The notes: generated from the sequence alone by a model not told the origin. 63,248 nt of DNA, filler included, from Octopus bimaculoides (GCF_001194135.2; 8 parts of 7 records of this genome joined end to end with filler, not necessarily neighbours in it); one strand, 5' to 3'. Shown: positions 1-12,290, counted from the whole stretch's first letter. Made by a program: numbers and translations.

Positions 1-372
1 ATACAAAGGGCATTACTGCAGAATAATGCCAAATGAATAAGTATATTCTTGGGAATAGAAATTTCCCTTACGAATTTTTTTGCACACTAGCTTCCTGATA
101 AAATTCTTGTAAAAGATTTTATCCTTTTTTGATTTTATTAACCAAATATATATATATATATATATGTATATAAATGTATGTGTGTTTTTTCCAGTGTTTA
201 CAAATAACACGGAAAAAATAAACAGTTCCCAGGGTAGCAAAAATTCAAACAAGTAATAAGGGTGTAACAGCCTATTTATAAAGGTAGAAACTCCAGGTTT
301 GGGTGAAATGTTTTGTATAATATGAATAACAAATAAATGGAGTTAAACGCGGGTGTTATTCAAATTCTTTTA

Positions 373-461
373 CTTTCGACATATGTTTCGATGACAACAT
401 TGGTATTATTCCAGAAGGAGTAAAATGATGTAAAACAATGCAATTTTCTCATCAGGTAAAG
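373..461 (-). ncRNA. Type-I hammerhead ribozyme motif with intact core and long imperfect helix II
   Basis: Minus strand reads CUGAUGA (455-449), imperfect ~13-bp helix II, GAAA-C-AUAU-G-UC (389-378). Helix I is only 5 bp with a bulge. Helix III ACAUAUGU is palindromic. Confidence 0.5.
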
Positions 462-469
462 AAAGAAAC

Positions 470-900
470 CAAACACATCAATAAGACATTTTAATAGAAT
501 GCGATGACTGCGTATATAACGAAGGGAACGCTATCAAGTTTTTTTTTTTAAACCGTTAGAACATGTGTCAAAGGTAGTTTATAGAAAGAGAAGGAGGAGA
601 GAGATAGAAATTAGCAGAAAACTAATAGTGGAGGGCTATAGAGCGACAAGTGAATTAGAATAAAGCTTAAAGTTATGGAAGTAGATATATTCAGTGGAAG
701 TGCAATGTAAGAAGACAGTCAAAGGTCGAATTTTATAGAATGGTAGAAATCACTTATAGGAACTAAAGGTATGTTTCTGCCAATGTTTGCAACGATAAAC
801 GCGTTCTATAAACGTGTTTATAAGGAGATTCTTTGAGAATAGGATAAAAAACATTTCACTATTCCAAAGGGAGCAGAAGCGTTGAAGTGTCAAGCATCTA
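470..900 (-). mobile_element. Possible decayed Penelope-like element 3' end upstream of the hammerhead
   Basis: Minus-strand reading FLPFYKI...EYIYFHNFKLYSN loosely resembles GIY-YIG C-termini of Penelope ORFs, and it lies 5' of a hammerhead. Weak. Confidence 0.25.
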
Positions 901-1062
901 ACAAGCGCGCATGCGCAGAAGACAGACAATAGTTAGATACGTGTTGGAGATCTTGAAGTCTAGTGTTGACAAAAACCGAATGGATCTTTTAACCAACTTA
1001 CACACACACACTCACACACACATACCACACCACACCACACAACCCAGCACATCTTTTTTTTT

Positions 1063-1258
1063 TATCTTCTACTTGTTTCAGTTATTCGATGTGAAGTTAC
1101 GTTGGCGCACAGCCTCGAAGGGCTTTTGGTCGAACAATTCGAACCCCGGGCTTTTCCTCACGCCTGGTACTTATTCTATCGTCTGTTTTGCGAACTACTA
1201 AGCTACAGGAACATAAGCAAACCAACACCAGTTGTTAAGCAATGGTGAGGGGCAAGAA
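1063..1258 (-). mobile_element. SINE family B, decayed 3' half
   Basis: Aligns to 15511-15700 (ttttacttgtttcagtca...ggtacttattctatc...gttgtcaagcgat). Confidence 0.6.
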
Positions 1259-1654
1259 TAAATACAAATACATATATAAACATAAATGCATATGTAGACA
1301 CACACATACGCCCACAAATCCATGTCCTGTCACAGTCACACAAACGCAACTGTACGTTTGTTTAGTCATGTCCGCACGAGATTTGGGATACACAAATCCA
1401 ATGAACTGTAAAAGCTTACGTCATGCAACTTGACGAAATCAAGTAAAGGACTAAAATAACATAAAACAAAATATAGAAAGAGGGGGAAAATAAGCCTGAA
1501 TTAAAAACCGAGAAAAAATTTCAACAGTTTCGGCGATTACACAAACGAATCAGGAAGAGCAACAGCGTCAACAGTAAACAGAAACATCGGTGAAGACGAC
1601 GTCATAACTCGTATCTTCATGACGAAGGAGTAGACAAGCTGTCAGGTTACAGAT

Positions 1655-1881
1655 GTGCTTATTTATGTGTGTGAGTGTATATGGGGGTGCGTGCGTGTGG
1701 GGGGTGTAAGTGTGTGTGTGTGTGTGCGTGCGCGCGCGCGTGTACGTGTGCGTGTGTGTGGCTTGAATGTACGTGTGTGCGTAGGCACTTCTCTGTTTGT
1801 GACTGAGTGTTTGGATGACGCGTGTGTGCGTCTATTTGTATGCATGAATGCATTTACGCATCTACCTATCTATCTACTTAA

Positions 1882-1964
<83 letters not shown>
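1655..1964. repeat. Compound (GT)n/(CT)n/(TA)n microsatellites running into a gap
   Basis: Directly visible. Confidence 0.95.
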
Positions 1965-3194
1965 NNNNNNNNNNNNNNNNNNNNNNNNNNNNNNNNNNNN
2001 NNNNNNNNNNNNNNNNNNNNNNNNNNNNNNNNNNNNNNNNNNNNNNNNNNNNNNNNNNNNNNNNNNNNNNNNNNNNNNNNNNNNNNNNNNNNNNNNNNNN
2101 NNNNNNNNNNNNNNNNNNNNNNNNNNNNNNNNNNNNNNNNNNNNNNNNNNNNNNNNNNNNNNNNNNNNNNNNNNNNNNNNNNNNNNNNNNNNNNNNNNNN
2201 NNNNNNNNNNNNNNNNNNNNNNNNNNNNNNNNNNNNNNNNNNNNNNNNNNNNNNNNNNNNNNNNNNNNNNNNNNNNNNNNNNNNNNNNNNNNNNNNNNNN
2301 NNNNNNNNNNNNNNNNNNNNNNNNNNNNNNNNNNNNNNNNNNNNNNNNNNNNNNNNNNNNNNNNNNNNNNNNNNNNNNNNNNNNNNNNNNNNNNNNNNNN
2401 NNNNNNNNNNNNNNNNNNNNNNNNNNNNNNNNNNNNNNNNNNNNNNNNNNTATATATATATATATATATATATCTGTAATGCAAATATGGAGGGCTCACG
2501 TATGTGTGTGTGTGTGTGAGATGCAAATATGAAAGGCTCACTTACAGTACTCCGAGTTTCCCATTAAGCCGCAGATATGAAGTTGTCCGATTGCCGATTG
2601 GTTAAACACTGTCAGAGAAGTTGCTACAGAAAAAAACCGGTGTTGTCCCCAACGATATGGTCTTTCATATGTAATACATTAGTTTGTAATAGTGGCACTT
2701 TCTGAAGTAATTAACTCTGTCTAGTTGTGTTCAAAACTGAAAACACAGACATGCATACATACATACTTTTGTATTTAAACATTTATTTTTGAAAGACTTA
2801 TCCTCTGTATAAGCAATGTAAGCAGTAATTGCATAGACTAAAGCAATAAATATCAATTATTAAATGCACATATAACGTAAATGATTTCTTATACATGATG
2901 TAAATGCTAATTCAATGCATGTGCCATTTCCCATAAAACCATAAAATTAGTTAAAGAAAATAGCTTGAATAGGTCATAGGCACTAATTTCGAAAAATGAG
3001 TTACACTGTACTGTGCTGAATGCCGTATATAAGCACAAAGAAGAAAAGAAACTGTTAATTGACAATGATAACTGGAAACCATATTTAAAAATTAGGAAAT
3101 AATCTAATTAATACAACAGAGTTAATTTACAAGTTCAGAGACAAAACCAATCATTGTTTGTAGAAAAAAAGGGAAAGATACAATTATGGATGTA

Positions 3195-4110
3195 TCAGGT
3201 TATCTCATAGGTTTTGTCCGATTTTACCTTTTTTAAAATTGAATGAAATCTAATAGCATTTTAGAATGTCTAATGGAATTAAAAATTATTTTTATGCATT
3301 TGTATACATTTAAATTTATTAAATATTATTTTACAGAATAATAGAATCAAAATTTCTTTGTTTAAAACCCTTTCTAACATGGAAGCATCCAAAGAGCATT
3401 TAAAACACATAATGCTTTATGAGTACAAAAAAGGAAACTCTGTAGCCGAAACGACTCGAAACATACACTCAATTTATGGGAAAAAATGCTTGAATGAAAG
3501 AGCTTGCAGAAGATGGTTTGCAAAATTCAGAAGTGGAGATTTCAGCCTTGAAAATGAAGATCGAACAGGACGTCCAGTTGAGTTTGATTATAAGCTCCTT
3601 GAGGCAACACTTGAAGAACATCCTGCATTATCAGTTGAAGAATTGGCAATAAAGCTTAGTTCAAACCATACAACTGTACGTCGTCATCTTCAACAATTTG
3701 GAAAGGTTCCTAAACTTGGAAAATGGGTGCCTCATGAATTGTCCGAAAGCAACCGCAAATCCCGAGTTGACATCTGCTCTTCTCTCCATTCTTGAACTCA
3801 TTTCACCCTTTTTGGATAGACTTGTGACTGGTGACGAAAAATGGATCTTCTATCGAAATGTTAAACGTCGTATCCAGTGGCTTGGTAAAAAGGAAAAAGC
3901 TCAACCACAACCAAGAAGGGAACTTCATGAGAAAAAGGTTCTTCTCTCTATCTGGTGGGATTGCAAAGGAGTAATTTACTTTGAATTGTTACCACCTAAT
4001 GCAACAATCAATGCTCAAGTCTACTGTCAACAATTAGAGCGTTTGAACCAAGCTTTGAAAAAAAAAAACCCGCTTTAGTGAATCGGAAAGAAGTGATGTT
4101 TCATCTTTTA
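3195..4110 (+). mobile_element. Mariner (DD34D-type) transposon with 5' TIR, 3'-truncated
   Basis: TA followed by tcaggttatctcataggttttgtccgattt resembles a mariner 5' TIR. A transposase pseudogene follows, and the sequence breaks off before the second catalytic Asp. Confidence 0.85.
3379..4108 (+). pseudogene. Mariner transposase pseudogene
   Basis: MEASKEHL...WFAKFRSGDFSL...GRP...WVPHEL, frameshift near 3792, then FLDRLVTGDEKWIFY...KKVLLSIWWDCKGVIYFELLP...YCQQLERL. A second frameshift occurs in the poly-A at ~4060; HDNARPH and YSPDLAP are missing. Confidence 0.92.
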
Positions 4111-5856
4111 TTAAGTACTGAGTATCGACTTTTCATAATTATATACTTTCCTTAAAGAGATACCCATATTAGGACGTTCTTGAGTAATTTTTATCCTAAT
4201 TCTAAATTGACTGCAAGTAATTGAGATAGACTTTCAGTTGCCTGAAAAGTTTCATTTAAACACAAAAATATCACGAAGATTCCAGTCATTAGTTTCCTCC
4301 ACGAAGTCTTCCTCAATTCTACATTGTATTGCATCAATTGCAGCGATACAATTCAGGATTGTATCGCTGACACCAAATTTTTGAATAACCTATTGCTTGA
4401 ATATTTGTTACAACCAACGAGAGTAGATTCATGCTCGAGGCTTCCTTGCTTGCTACAACGTCATAATACTCAATTAAACTTCAATTTATGATGCAATAGA
4501 TATCTTAATTTAAGCTACATGCTCCCTAAATTGACTAGATATTAAATTGATTGCTTAAGCAACTAAATATTACAAAGGCGATAACAAAACTTAGTTCTAC
4601 CGAGCAGAGAGTATGATGAGAAACTAAGTGAAATGCAACCATTCTGCATCAATACACAAAGATATCATTGTAGATTGCAATAATTTAATTAATTCAAATC
4701 AATGTAACAAATACTTTTACTTTCCCTTTTATCATTTTAATGAAAAGGAAATTATTTTCCGTTTGTATCTGAATTTAGAAGTTGCTAGACGAAACTAAAT
4801 ATTCTACGCGATCTAAATTGGTGTTTTATCACTTCTATGAATCATCGCGGTTTTATTTCTGAAATATTGATTACATTTGATTATGTTTAAAAACCTTAGG
4901 TTTTACAGGCAATTTAAACACATATTCTGTGATATTCAAGGCTTTTCTAGAGTACAACAAAGTGCACAAATTAAGTGATTTCAGAAGAAAAAAAAACAAT
5001 AAAAATCTTTTAATTCGCATATATTCAGAGGAAGGTGGTTAACGAAGGTGAATATCACAGAACTCCACTGATAGGTAAAACAGTATTACATGCTTGGAGT
5101 GTGAGAGATACAACAGAGATAACCCATAGAAGGAGAGTATAGGGTATCGGAGGAGGCGGTGCCACAGATTGCTAGATGGGGTGGGGGTTAAGAACCAATG
5201 TAAAAGGAGTATAAATGACAAATATATACACAGCAGCATTTTTGTGAATCAGTGGTTGTAGTTTGTCGTTGAATGTTTTGCTAATCAACTGGCTGGCTTT
5301 TAGCTGAATGCTGTCTGGGATGTGCATGCGTACCAATGGTACTTAGACAAGCTGATAGCTTGCCGCTTTCTTAACTTCGGCTTAACTTCCGCCACTTTAA
5401 TTACAATACTAATAATGATGTAAATTGAGTAATATTTCACGATACGTTGCGTCCTGTTATAACGAGTTGATTTCCAAATAATTAGGAAACTGTGATAGTT
5501 TGAATTAAATTAAACAACCAATAATGGTGATTGCTGTATGTGTGTTCAGTAAAGTAAGAGAGTGGTTTCCTGTGGCTAACAAACATTTTTGTTTCTCGAC
5601 ATGTGTCAATAAAATTCTTAATGTATCACAGCTTTATGGTTTCAGTTTGGCGAATAAAAATCCCATTTCCTTACAGATAAATAAACAAACTGTATTAAAA
5701 AATACAGTAAAAAAAATATTTCGACAGGATGTATGCAGTAACTTACATGACTATACATTAATGTTTCCCCAAAGGAATCCGTGTGGTAAATATCTACTTT
5801 AAGAAATATATGTAATGCAGACACATATACATACACGCGCACACGCACAAACAACT

Positions 5857-5894
<38 letters not shown>

Positions 5895-6089
5895 GCTCAA
5901 ACACACACACACACACGCACGCACACAANNNNNNNNNNCACACACTCACACGCTCAAACACACACACACACACGCACACACACACACAAATACACTCACA
6001 CGGATCTAAATGCAGTCAGCCACGGACACATACGCAGACTCATACACGTTCGTGTACTCATACATACGCACACATACGCACACACGCAC

Positions 6090-6132
<43 letters not shown>

Positions 6133-6394
6133 CACATGCACTCTCATATGTATCATCATCATAATTATCATAATCCTTATCCCCACCACTACCACCAGCA
6201 CCACAACAAAACTGGCTGTGTTGTCGTGTATCTCTTAAACTGCGGGCTGGGTGCCATTTATCGTACCACTGGCACTAAAGAGGCTGCTCTGTGTAGGAGG
6301 ACAAAAGACTCCCGTCAACCTTATATTAATTGTTATACAATATTATAGCCATCATAGATAAATAATCTAAGATGTAGTTTGCGGAATGCATGAT

Positions 6395-6490
6395 CTCTTG
6401 TGTGTTCCATTTATGGCTAGATGCTCTTCCTGCCACCAACCATTTTACGTAGTGTATTGGATGCAATTTCTCGTGTCACCTTCATGAAAG
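6395..6490 (-). mobile_element. Retroelement 3'-tail fragment
   Basis: ggctagatgctcttcctgccaccaacc is the complement of a ggttggcgttaggaagggcatccagcc-type LINE/SINE tail. Recognised by eye. Confidence 0.35.
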
Positions 6491-6960
6491 AGGACTGAAG
6501 AGTAACCCTCACCTCTCTGTCAGTTTAAATATGGATTCCTGCAAAATGGTGAGATTTAGTAAAGTTAAAGTTTCTTGGTGCATCGATTCAGCTCCCCGTA
6601 GGTCATAACCGGAATCAGAGATAACCCGAAAGTGTTTTATGATAATCTGGTCCGCCACCCTGCGTCACAAATTCAGACAACCCTTTAACGACTAAGTTCT
6701 TACGACTTGCGAGATGCACTCTAAGAAACAAAGCAATGAGAAGTAAAAGCATAGTAGAAGCTGGCTATTCGCTGGAGAATTAGATTTAACTTATTCTGAA
6801 ATGGGATGACGAGCAGTAAGAATAATTACCATTTGTGGAACTCCTTTAATTTGTAGACATGTTTCGGCTGCAAATCACTTTTCGTATTGTTTAGGGTTAA
6901 GAGTAGCAATTTGTCATTGATGGACTCCTTTCCGTTCAGATGAAATCCACGGTAAATGCT

Positions 6961-7177
6961 GGTCTCAAATTTTAGCACAAAGCCAGCAATTTCGGGGGAG
7001 GTAGTAAGCTGATGTAATCGACTTACTCGGTGATCAAGTGGTACATTTTTCTATCGATCCCGAAATGATGAAAGGCAAAGTCGACCACAGCTGATTTTTC
7101 AACTCAGAACATTAAAGTCGGACGAAACGCCGCTAAGCATCTTGCCTGGCGTGTTAAGCGTTCTGCTAGCATTCGGC
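6961..7177 (-). mobile_element. SINE family A (tRNA-derived), diverged
   Basis: Reverse complement of the 8753-8967 pattern (gaaaggcaaagtcgacc, aactcagaac, gctaagcat). Confidence 0.75.
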
Positions 7178-8069
7178 GATAAACATTGAGTTCATTCTCC
7201 AAGAAGTAAAAGACCTTTTATATCATGAGCTACTTTGATTTTTCTTTCAAACGGTTTTTGAAACTCAAACTAGAATTCACGTACGGTGAAAACTAAATTT
7301 GTCTTCATGGAACTGTTATGCAAGTTCACATATTGATAAAAAGGCGGAAAACAAGATCGAAACTGATGCAAAATATGTTGAGAACAAAAAAAAAAAAATA
7401 AAAATATAAAAACCAGCTACCAGAATAGGGTAGACGAATACTACAAAGCATTCTATTCAATATTCCAACAAATCAACCAATCACTCATATATCTTTTGCT
7501 GCATTAAAATTAATTGGATATTAAGCATCATCATCTCATGCTTAATATATATATANNNNNNNNNNNNNNNNNNNNNNNNNNNNNNNNNNNNNNNNNNNNN
7601 NNNNNNNNNNNNNNNNNNNNNNNNNNNNNNNNNNNNNNNTATATATATGCATATATGCACAAACACGCACACGCATACACACAGACACACAAACACACAC
7701 AAATTAAAGTGGATGTCTTGCTAGGATGCTGAATAGTGTGATCTTCTCCTTAAGAAGTCCTGTCGCTGCAGTGTGATCTGACTGGTATTCGGGAAACCGA
7801 CGTATGTCACCGAAGAGTCAGAGTACGTCGAAATCACGTGATCTGGCAGTTCCGGTGCCAATGGCAGACAATTCTCATTCCCAACGACATAAATACATGT
7901 GCTTTTATGTACTGTTCGTCCAGATGAGAGGTGTTCTCAACGCAAATATCGCATTAGCTGGTATTCTATCAAAACATCCACGTTAAGTTGGATACACAGA
8001 TTGCCTTTTGGTATTAATATTGCTTCTGTCGCTAGTAATTAAATACATGTGTGTGTGTGTGTGCGTGTA

Positions 8070-8238
8070 AATATTTGTCCGTCTGACACCCGGTATTGGT
8101 TTGTTTACGTTCCCGTAACTAAGCGTTTCAGCAAAAAAAAAATTAAATAACAGGCTAAAAATAAAGTGAGTACTGGGTTCGATTTGCTCAAAAAAACCCA
8201 TTCAAGGAAGTTCCAAAGACTGAAACAAGTAAAAAAAG
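8070..8238 (+). mobile_element. SINE family B 3' half
   Basis: tgtttacgttcccgtaactaagcg...gactgaaacaagtaaaa. Confidence 0.65.
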
Positions 8239-8752
8239 AAAAAAAAATACTTAAATAAACCATGAAACCTAAAGTTGAATTCGGTATGATTTGAACTCAG
8301 AACGTGAGCGGCCGTAAGTAAGTAGCATCACATGACATTTTGTCCGACGCTCTAACGAGTTTTCATATCCACAACCAACCGCCCTCAATGAGTTTAATTA
8401 TTGATGCCACAAGGAAACAATTATTTACATATTTTAGCTCATGACAACCTTATAGTTCCGTTAAACATATGCCGAAACCTACAAATTTTACACACACTAG
8501 ATTCAGTAACATTTTAAGACATATTTCATGTGATTTCCGTTACCAAGTTAAAACACCCTAGGGACTAACTTACTCATGAGTCTTGTTAATTACTGCCGGT
8601 CTAATATAACGTTGCCCGAAAATCTAATCCGCTACGACGTATTAAGAAACTTAATATAATGGAGCCGAAAATTTGAATCATTGGAGTATGTTATATGTTC
8701 TTAAAGAAATTTTACAACGAGCAATTTATACTACAGTAATATAGATTTATCG

Positions 8753-8967
8753 AAGGCGGCGAGCTGGCAGAAACGTCAGCACGCCAAGTGAAATGCTTAG
8801 CGGTATTTCGTCTGCCGCTACGTTCTGGGTTCAAATTCCGCCGAGGTAGACTTTGCTTTTTATTCTTTCGGAGTCGATAAATTAAGTATCAGTTGCGTAC
8901 TGAGGTCGATATAATCGACTGGCCCCCTTCCCCACAAATTTCAGGCCTTATTCCTAGAGTAGAAAAG
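8753..8967 (+). mobile_element. SINE family A, full length with 15-bp TSD
   Basis: tRNA-like head with B-box-like gggttcaaattcc and a conserved central gtcgataaattaagtaccag domain. TSD is aatatagatttatcg (8738-8752) / aatatggatttatcg (8968-8982). Confidence 0.9.
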
Positions 8968-9378
8968 AATATGGATTTATCGGCCTATTAACCTCTTGTT
9001 TTCTGCCGATACTTATAAACGCACAAAAGTACACGTGCATAGATAAGTACGTACTGAGGTATATGTACGAGTGTTTATACATGCATGCATACAGTATTCA
9101 TCCCGACTCTCTATGCTCTGTTTTCAAATAACGTTCAAGTAATTTCAGCTTTCGAGGTCGATAAATAAGCTCCCAACCAATTACTGAAACCGATTCTCTC
9201 TCTCTCTCACATACACAAACACACCTATTTATCTCTCTCTCTATGTTGTTTACAGAAGATGTGAGTTCGAGTTCATTACACAATCTTCGACTTTTTCTAT
9301 CCAAGGGTTTTTTAACCCAACTTCTACAAACTATTATTTATAGCTTTATATGCTTCGAGATGCACCTTTCCCTCGAAA

Positions 9379-9458
<80 letters not shown>

Positions 9459-9630
9459 ATTATATATATATAATTCTGATTGTGACTTCGTCAATTTGTG
9501 GTTTATACAAAACACTTATCTTTAACTGAAAACTCACTCACTTAGTTGAGGTTTCAACATTTACTGATAAATCTCAGGTTGAATAAACTACACTATGGAC
9601 GAAATTTGGAAATCACTATCAATGAAATTA

Positions 9631-9836
9631 TTCTTTTCTACTCTAGGCTCAAGGCCCGATATTTTTGGGGTTGGGGGCAGTCGATTAGATCAACCCCAGA
9701 ACTCAACTGGCACTTAATTTATCGACCCCGAAAGGCAAAGTCGACCTCGGCAGAATTGGAACTCAGAACGTATCGACAAACGAAATAACGCTAAGCATTT
9801 CGCCCGGCGTGCTAACGTTTCTGCCAGCTCACCGCC
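9631..9836 (-). mobile_element. SINE family A, full length with TSD
   Basis: Reverse complement of family A, flanked by actatcaat(g)aaatt on both sides. Confidence 0.88.
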
Positions 9837-10652
9837 GTACTATCAATAAATTCTTTATAAATAATATTCGACTCTACATTTGAACATTTGTCTTTTTAGT
9901 AAGATTTTAATTTAGTTAATGCTGGCTGCTTTTAGCATATAAAGCACACATTTCTTCCGAATCTATCTATCTATCTATCGATCTATCTATCTATCTATTT
10001 ATTTATCTATAGCTGGGACTATCGGCCGAGTAAACAGTTATTGATGTAGCGGATATTTTTAATTTATTCATTCCTGGTAGACCCAACTGAACAGAACCAA
10101 CCAGATTTACGTTAATACACGTATTCTGAGAAGTTTGAAACTTGGGTATTAGGTTGTCCATTGCTCTAGCCTTCTCCCTAGAGGTAATACAAAAATTTTT
10201 ATATTCTTCGCCCGCACACATCTCTGCCTCTATACATTCAGTGAAGCTTTACCTAGCGCCGACCGGTTGTCGGCTGCTACTTCCAGCGAATAATGGTACT
10301 TCGTGTGCCACTACTTCATATGTATATATATGATGTTATCATCGTTCGCTCAAAGATTGTCAGGCGAAATGAGTTCTTCGAGTGGTACCATTCTGTGCCA
10401 AACTGCACACTTCATTTCAGGTGACACCCAACTCGATTAACACGTCTCACCCAGTTGTTTGCCATGTCTTCACCGGTATACGGTCCCTTTCTCCTTCCTC
10501 CTTCAACTGCCCAATTAGTGGCTCTGTGTATGAGCGTATGTGTGCGTCGGTGTGCGCCTCTGTGTGTGTGTGTGTATGTGTGTGTGTGTGTGTGTGTGTG
10601 TACGTGCGTCTTTGTACATACGCAAAGAACTTTTTAAATATTTACCCTCATT

Positions 10653-10867
10653 AAGGCACGGTAAGCTGGTAGGTTCGTCAGCACGGTGGGTAAAATGCTC
10701 CACGGCATTTCATCCGTTGTGGGTTCTGAGTTCAAATTTCAACGGGGTCGACTTTGGCTTTCTTCCTTTCGAGGTCGATAAAATAAGTACCAGTTATGCA
10801 CTGGGGTGGATATAATCGACTTACCCATCCCCCGAATTTGCTGGCCTTGTGTCAAAATTTGAAACCA
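10653..10867 (+). mobile_element. SINE family A variant
   Basis: gttctgagttcaaatt...gtcgactttggctttc...gtcgataaaataagtaccag. Confidence 0.82.
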
Positions 10868-11249
10868 ATGTTTACTCTCACTAACACATGGTTTCAATTG
10901 CTAACTCCGTCTTAGGTTTCTTCCGCACATACTCGTTTAATTGCAATATTATTAGCATACAAATTCTAGTAGAATTTATATGTGCAGTATATATGTTACG
11001 CATTTTTATAAACACCACGTGCGCATGTAAATCTACACGAATGCTTCATATAGGGTATAATAACGATTTAAATATTGTGCTAAATTAAACACTTTATAAA
11101 GCCTGAATTCTCTCTCTTTTTCTCGCTCTCTCTTTCGGTCCGTTAGTCTATCTGACTGTATATATGTATCCTACATGTACACATGCATACACGCATACAC
11201 ACACACGCATACGCACACACACTCATGCACGCGCATTCACACACATGTA

Positions 11250-11309
<60 letters not shown>

Positions 11310-11317
11310 TGTGTGTG

Positions 11318-11556
11318 TTTATCGGCGAATAACAAGTCAGTGCTTAATACAAAGGGTTCGGCTGCTCTACATTGATAAGGGGCAATACCCCGAAACTAGT
11401 CTGTAGATGCCAGAGCAGCAAGGGGAAACAGCTGACCTCCCCTGTTCGGAGGTTATAATGTCACATAGCTAGCTAGAGGCGATGGCTTCTTGGAGCTAAT
11501 CAACGGCAGCATTCGTCCTATTTTGGGGACTGCCATGTTGGCTTGGCGATAACTAT
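11318..11556 (+). mobile_element. Small hammerhead-carrying element with degenerate terminal inverted repeats
   Basis: The body 11402-11556 aligns to the minus strand of 41140-41317. The 5' end (11318-11343) matches the reverse complement of the 3' end at about 18/25 positions. Confidence 0.65.
11361..11419 (+). ncRNA. Type-I hammerhead ribozyme, U3:A8 core variant
   Basis: gctgct-ctaca / UUGAUAA / gggg-caata-cccc / GAAA-C-UA-G-UC^ / tgtag-[atgccag]-agcagc. Helix I is 5+6 bp with a 7-nt bulge and helix II is 4 bp. Predicted cleavage is after 11401. Confidence 0.78.
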
Positions 11557-12059
11557 TAGTAGAATAAATAGTTTTTGGTAAATTAATTTACTTTCTTCTG
11601 ACAAGAGTTTCATGTCACAATATATTTCTCGGCGTGGGTTTGTCCAGTAGATTTTGCTTCATTTCTGTCGATTGGTCTGTCGTGATTTTTTTATATTTGT
11701 TATGCTGTGTTTGTTATAGCGTAACCTAAGAACTTCTGTAATCATCTATATAAATATGACATAACTAAGGACTCTAATAGTTAACAATTGTATAAGAACC
11801 ACTATAATTTTCATAGATACCCTCTCTTAAGACTGCACCTTTAGTATTATCTATGCGAACTTTCCGCCATATCAACTATTGAACACTTCAGAAAAAAGTC
11901 CTATTTCCAAAGGAAGTATGTATATTGTTGTTCTCTATATTTTTTTTTACTATTTGTACATTTCAAAATAACTGTAGAATTTCTACGATTACAGCAATGC
12001 GTTCTAATATAAATGCAGATCCAACATTACCATACACAGTCTATGAAGAAATTATAAAA

Positions 12060-12290
12060 TAACAGTCATCTGACGACATTCATAGAAATTATATCATGAA
12101 CGAATCCCAATATTCAACTGACGTCACATACCACATGACCACTTAAGTATCTACTATTGCTTTTCTTACTTATTCCTACATCTGCTTCATATTCTATCGG
12201 ATAAAGTCAAGAAACCGCCTGATGAGACACCGATTCTGGCGTTAGGAGACGGAATGCAGTAGCAACTTTAACACACAAGTGGTCATCCTA
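12060..12290 (+). mobile_element. Penelope-like/retrozyme-like fragment with two decayed hammerhead-like motifs
   Basis: ctgacga-ca-ttcat...atgaa-c-gaat at ~12070-12104 and ctgatga-gacacc-gattct-ggcgtt at ~12219-12243 (GAAA missing). There is a short inverted repeat atgaccactt/aagtggtcat. Confidence 0.35.

Noticed and set aside
905-918. GCGCATGCGC NRF1-like palindrome as a promoter
   Set aside because: Single motif with no supporting CpG-rich context or downstream exon.
1655-2541. Long ORFs spanning N gaps (also 15.7-16.8, 27.5-28.9, 29.4-30.1, 31.2-31.9, 40.5-41.1, 52.3-53.6 kb)
   Set aside because: Length comes from X residues and flanking microsatellites.
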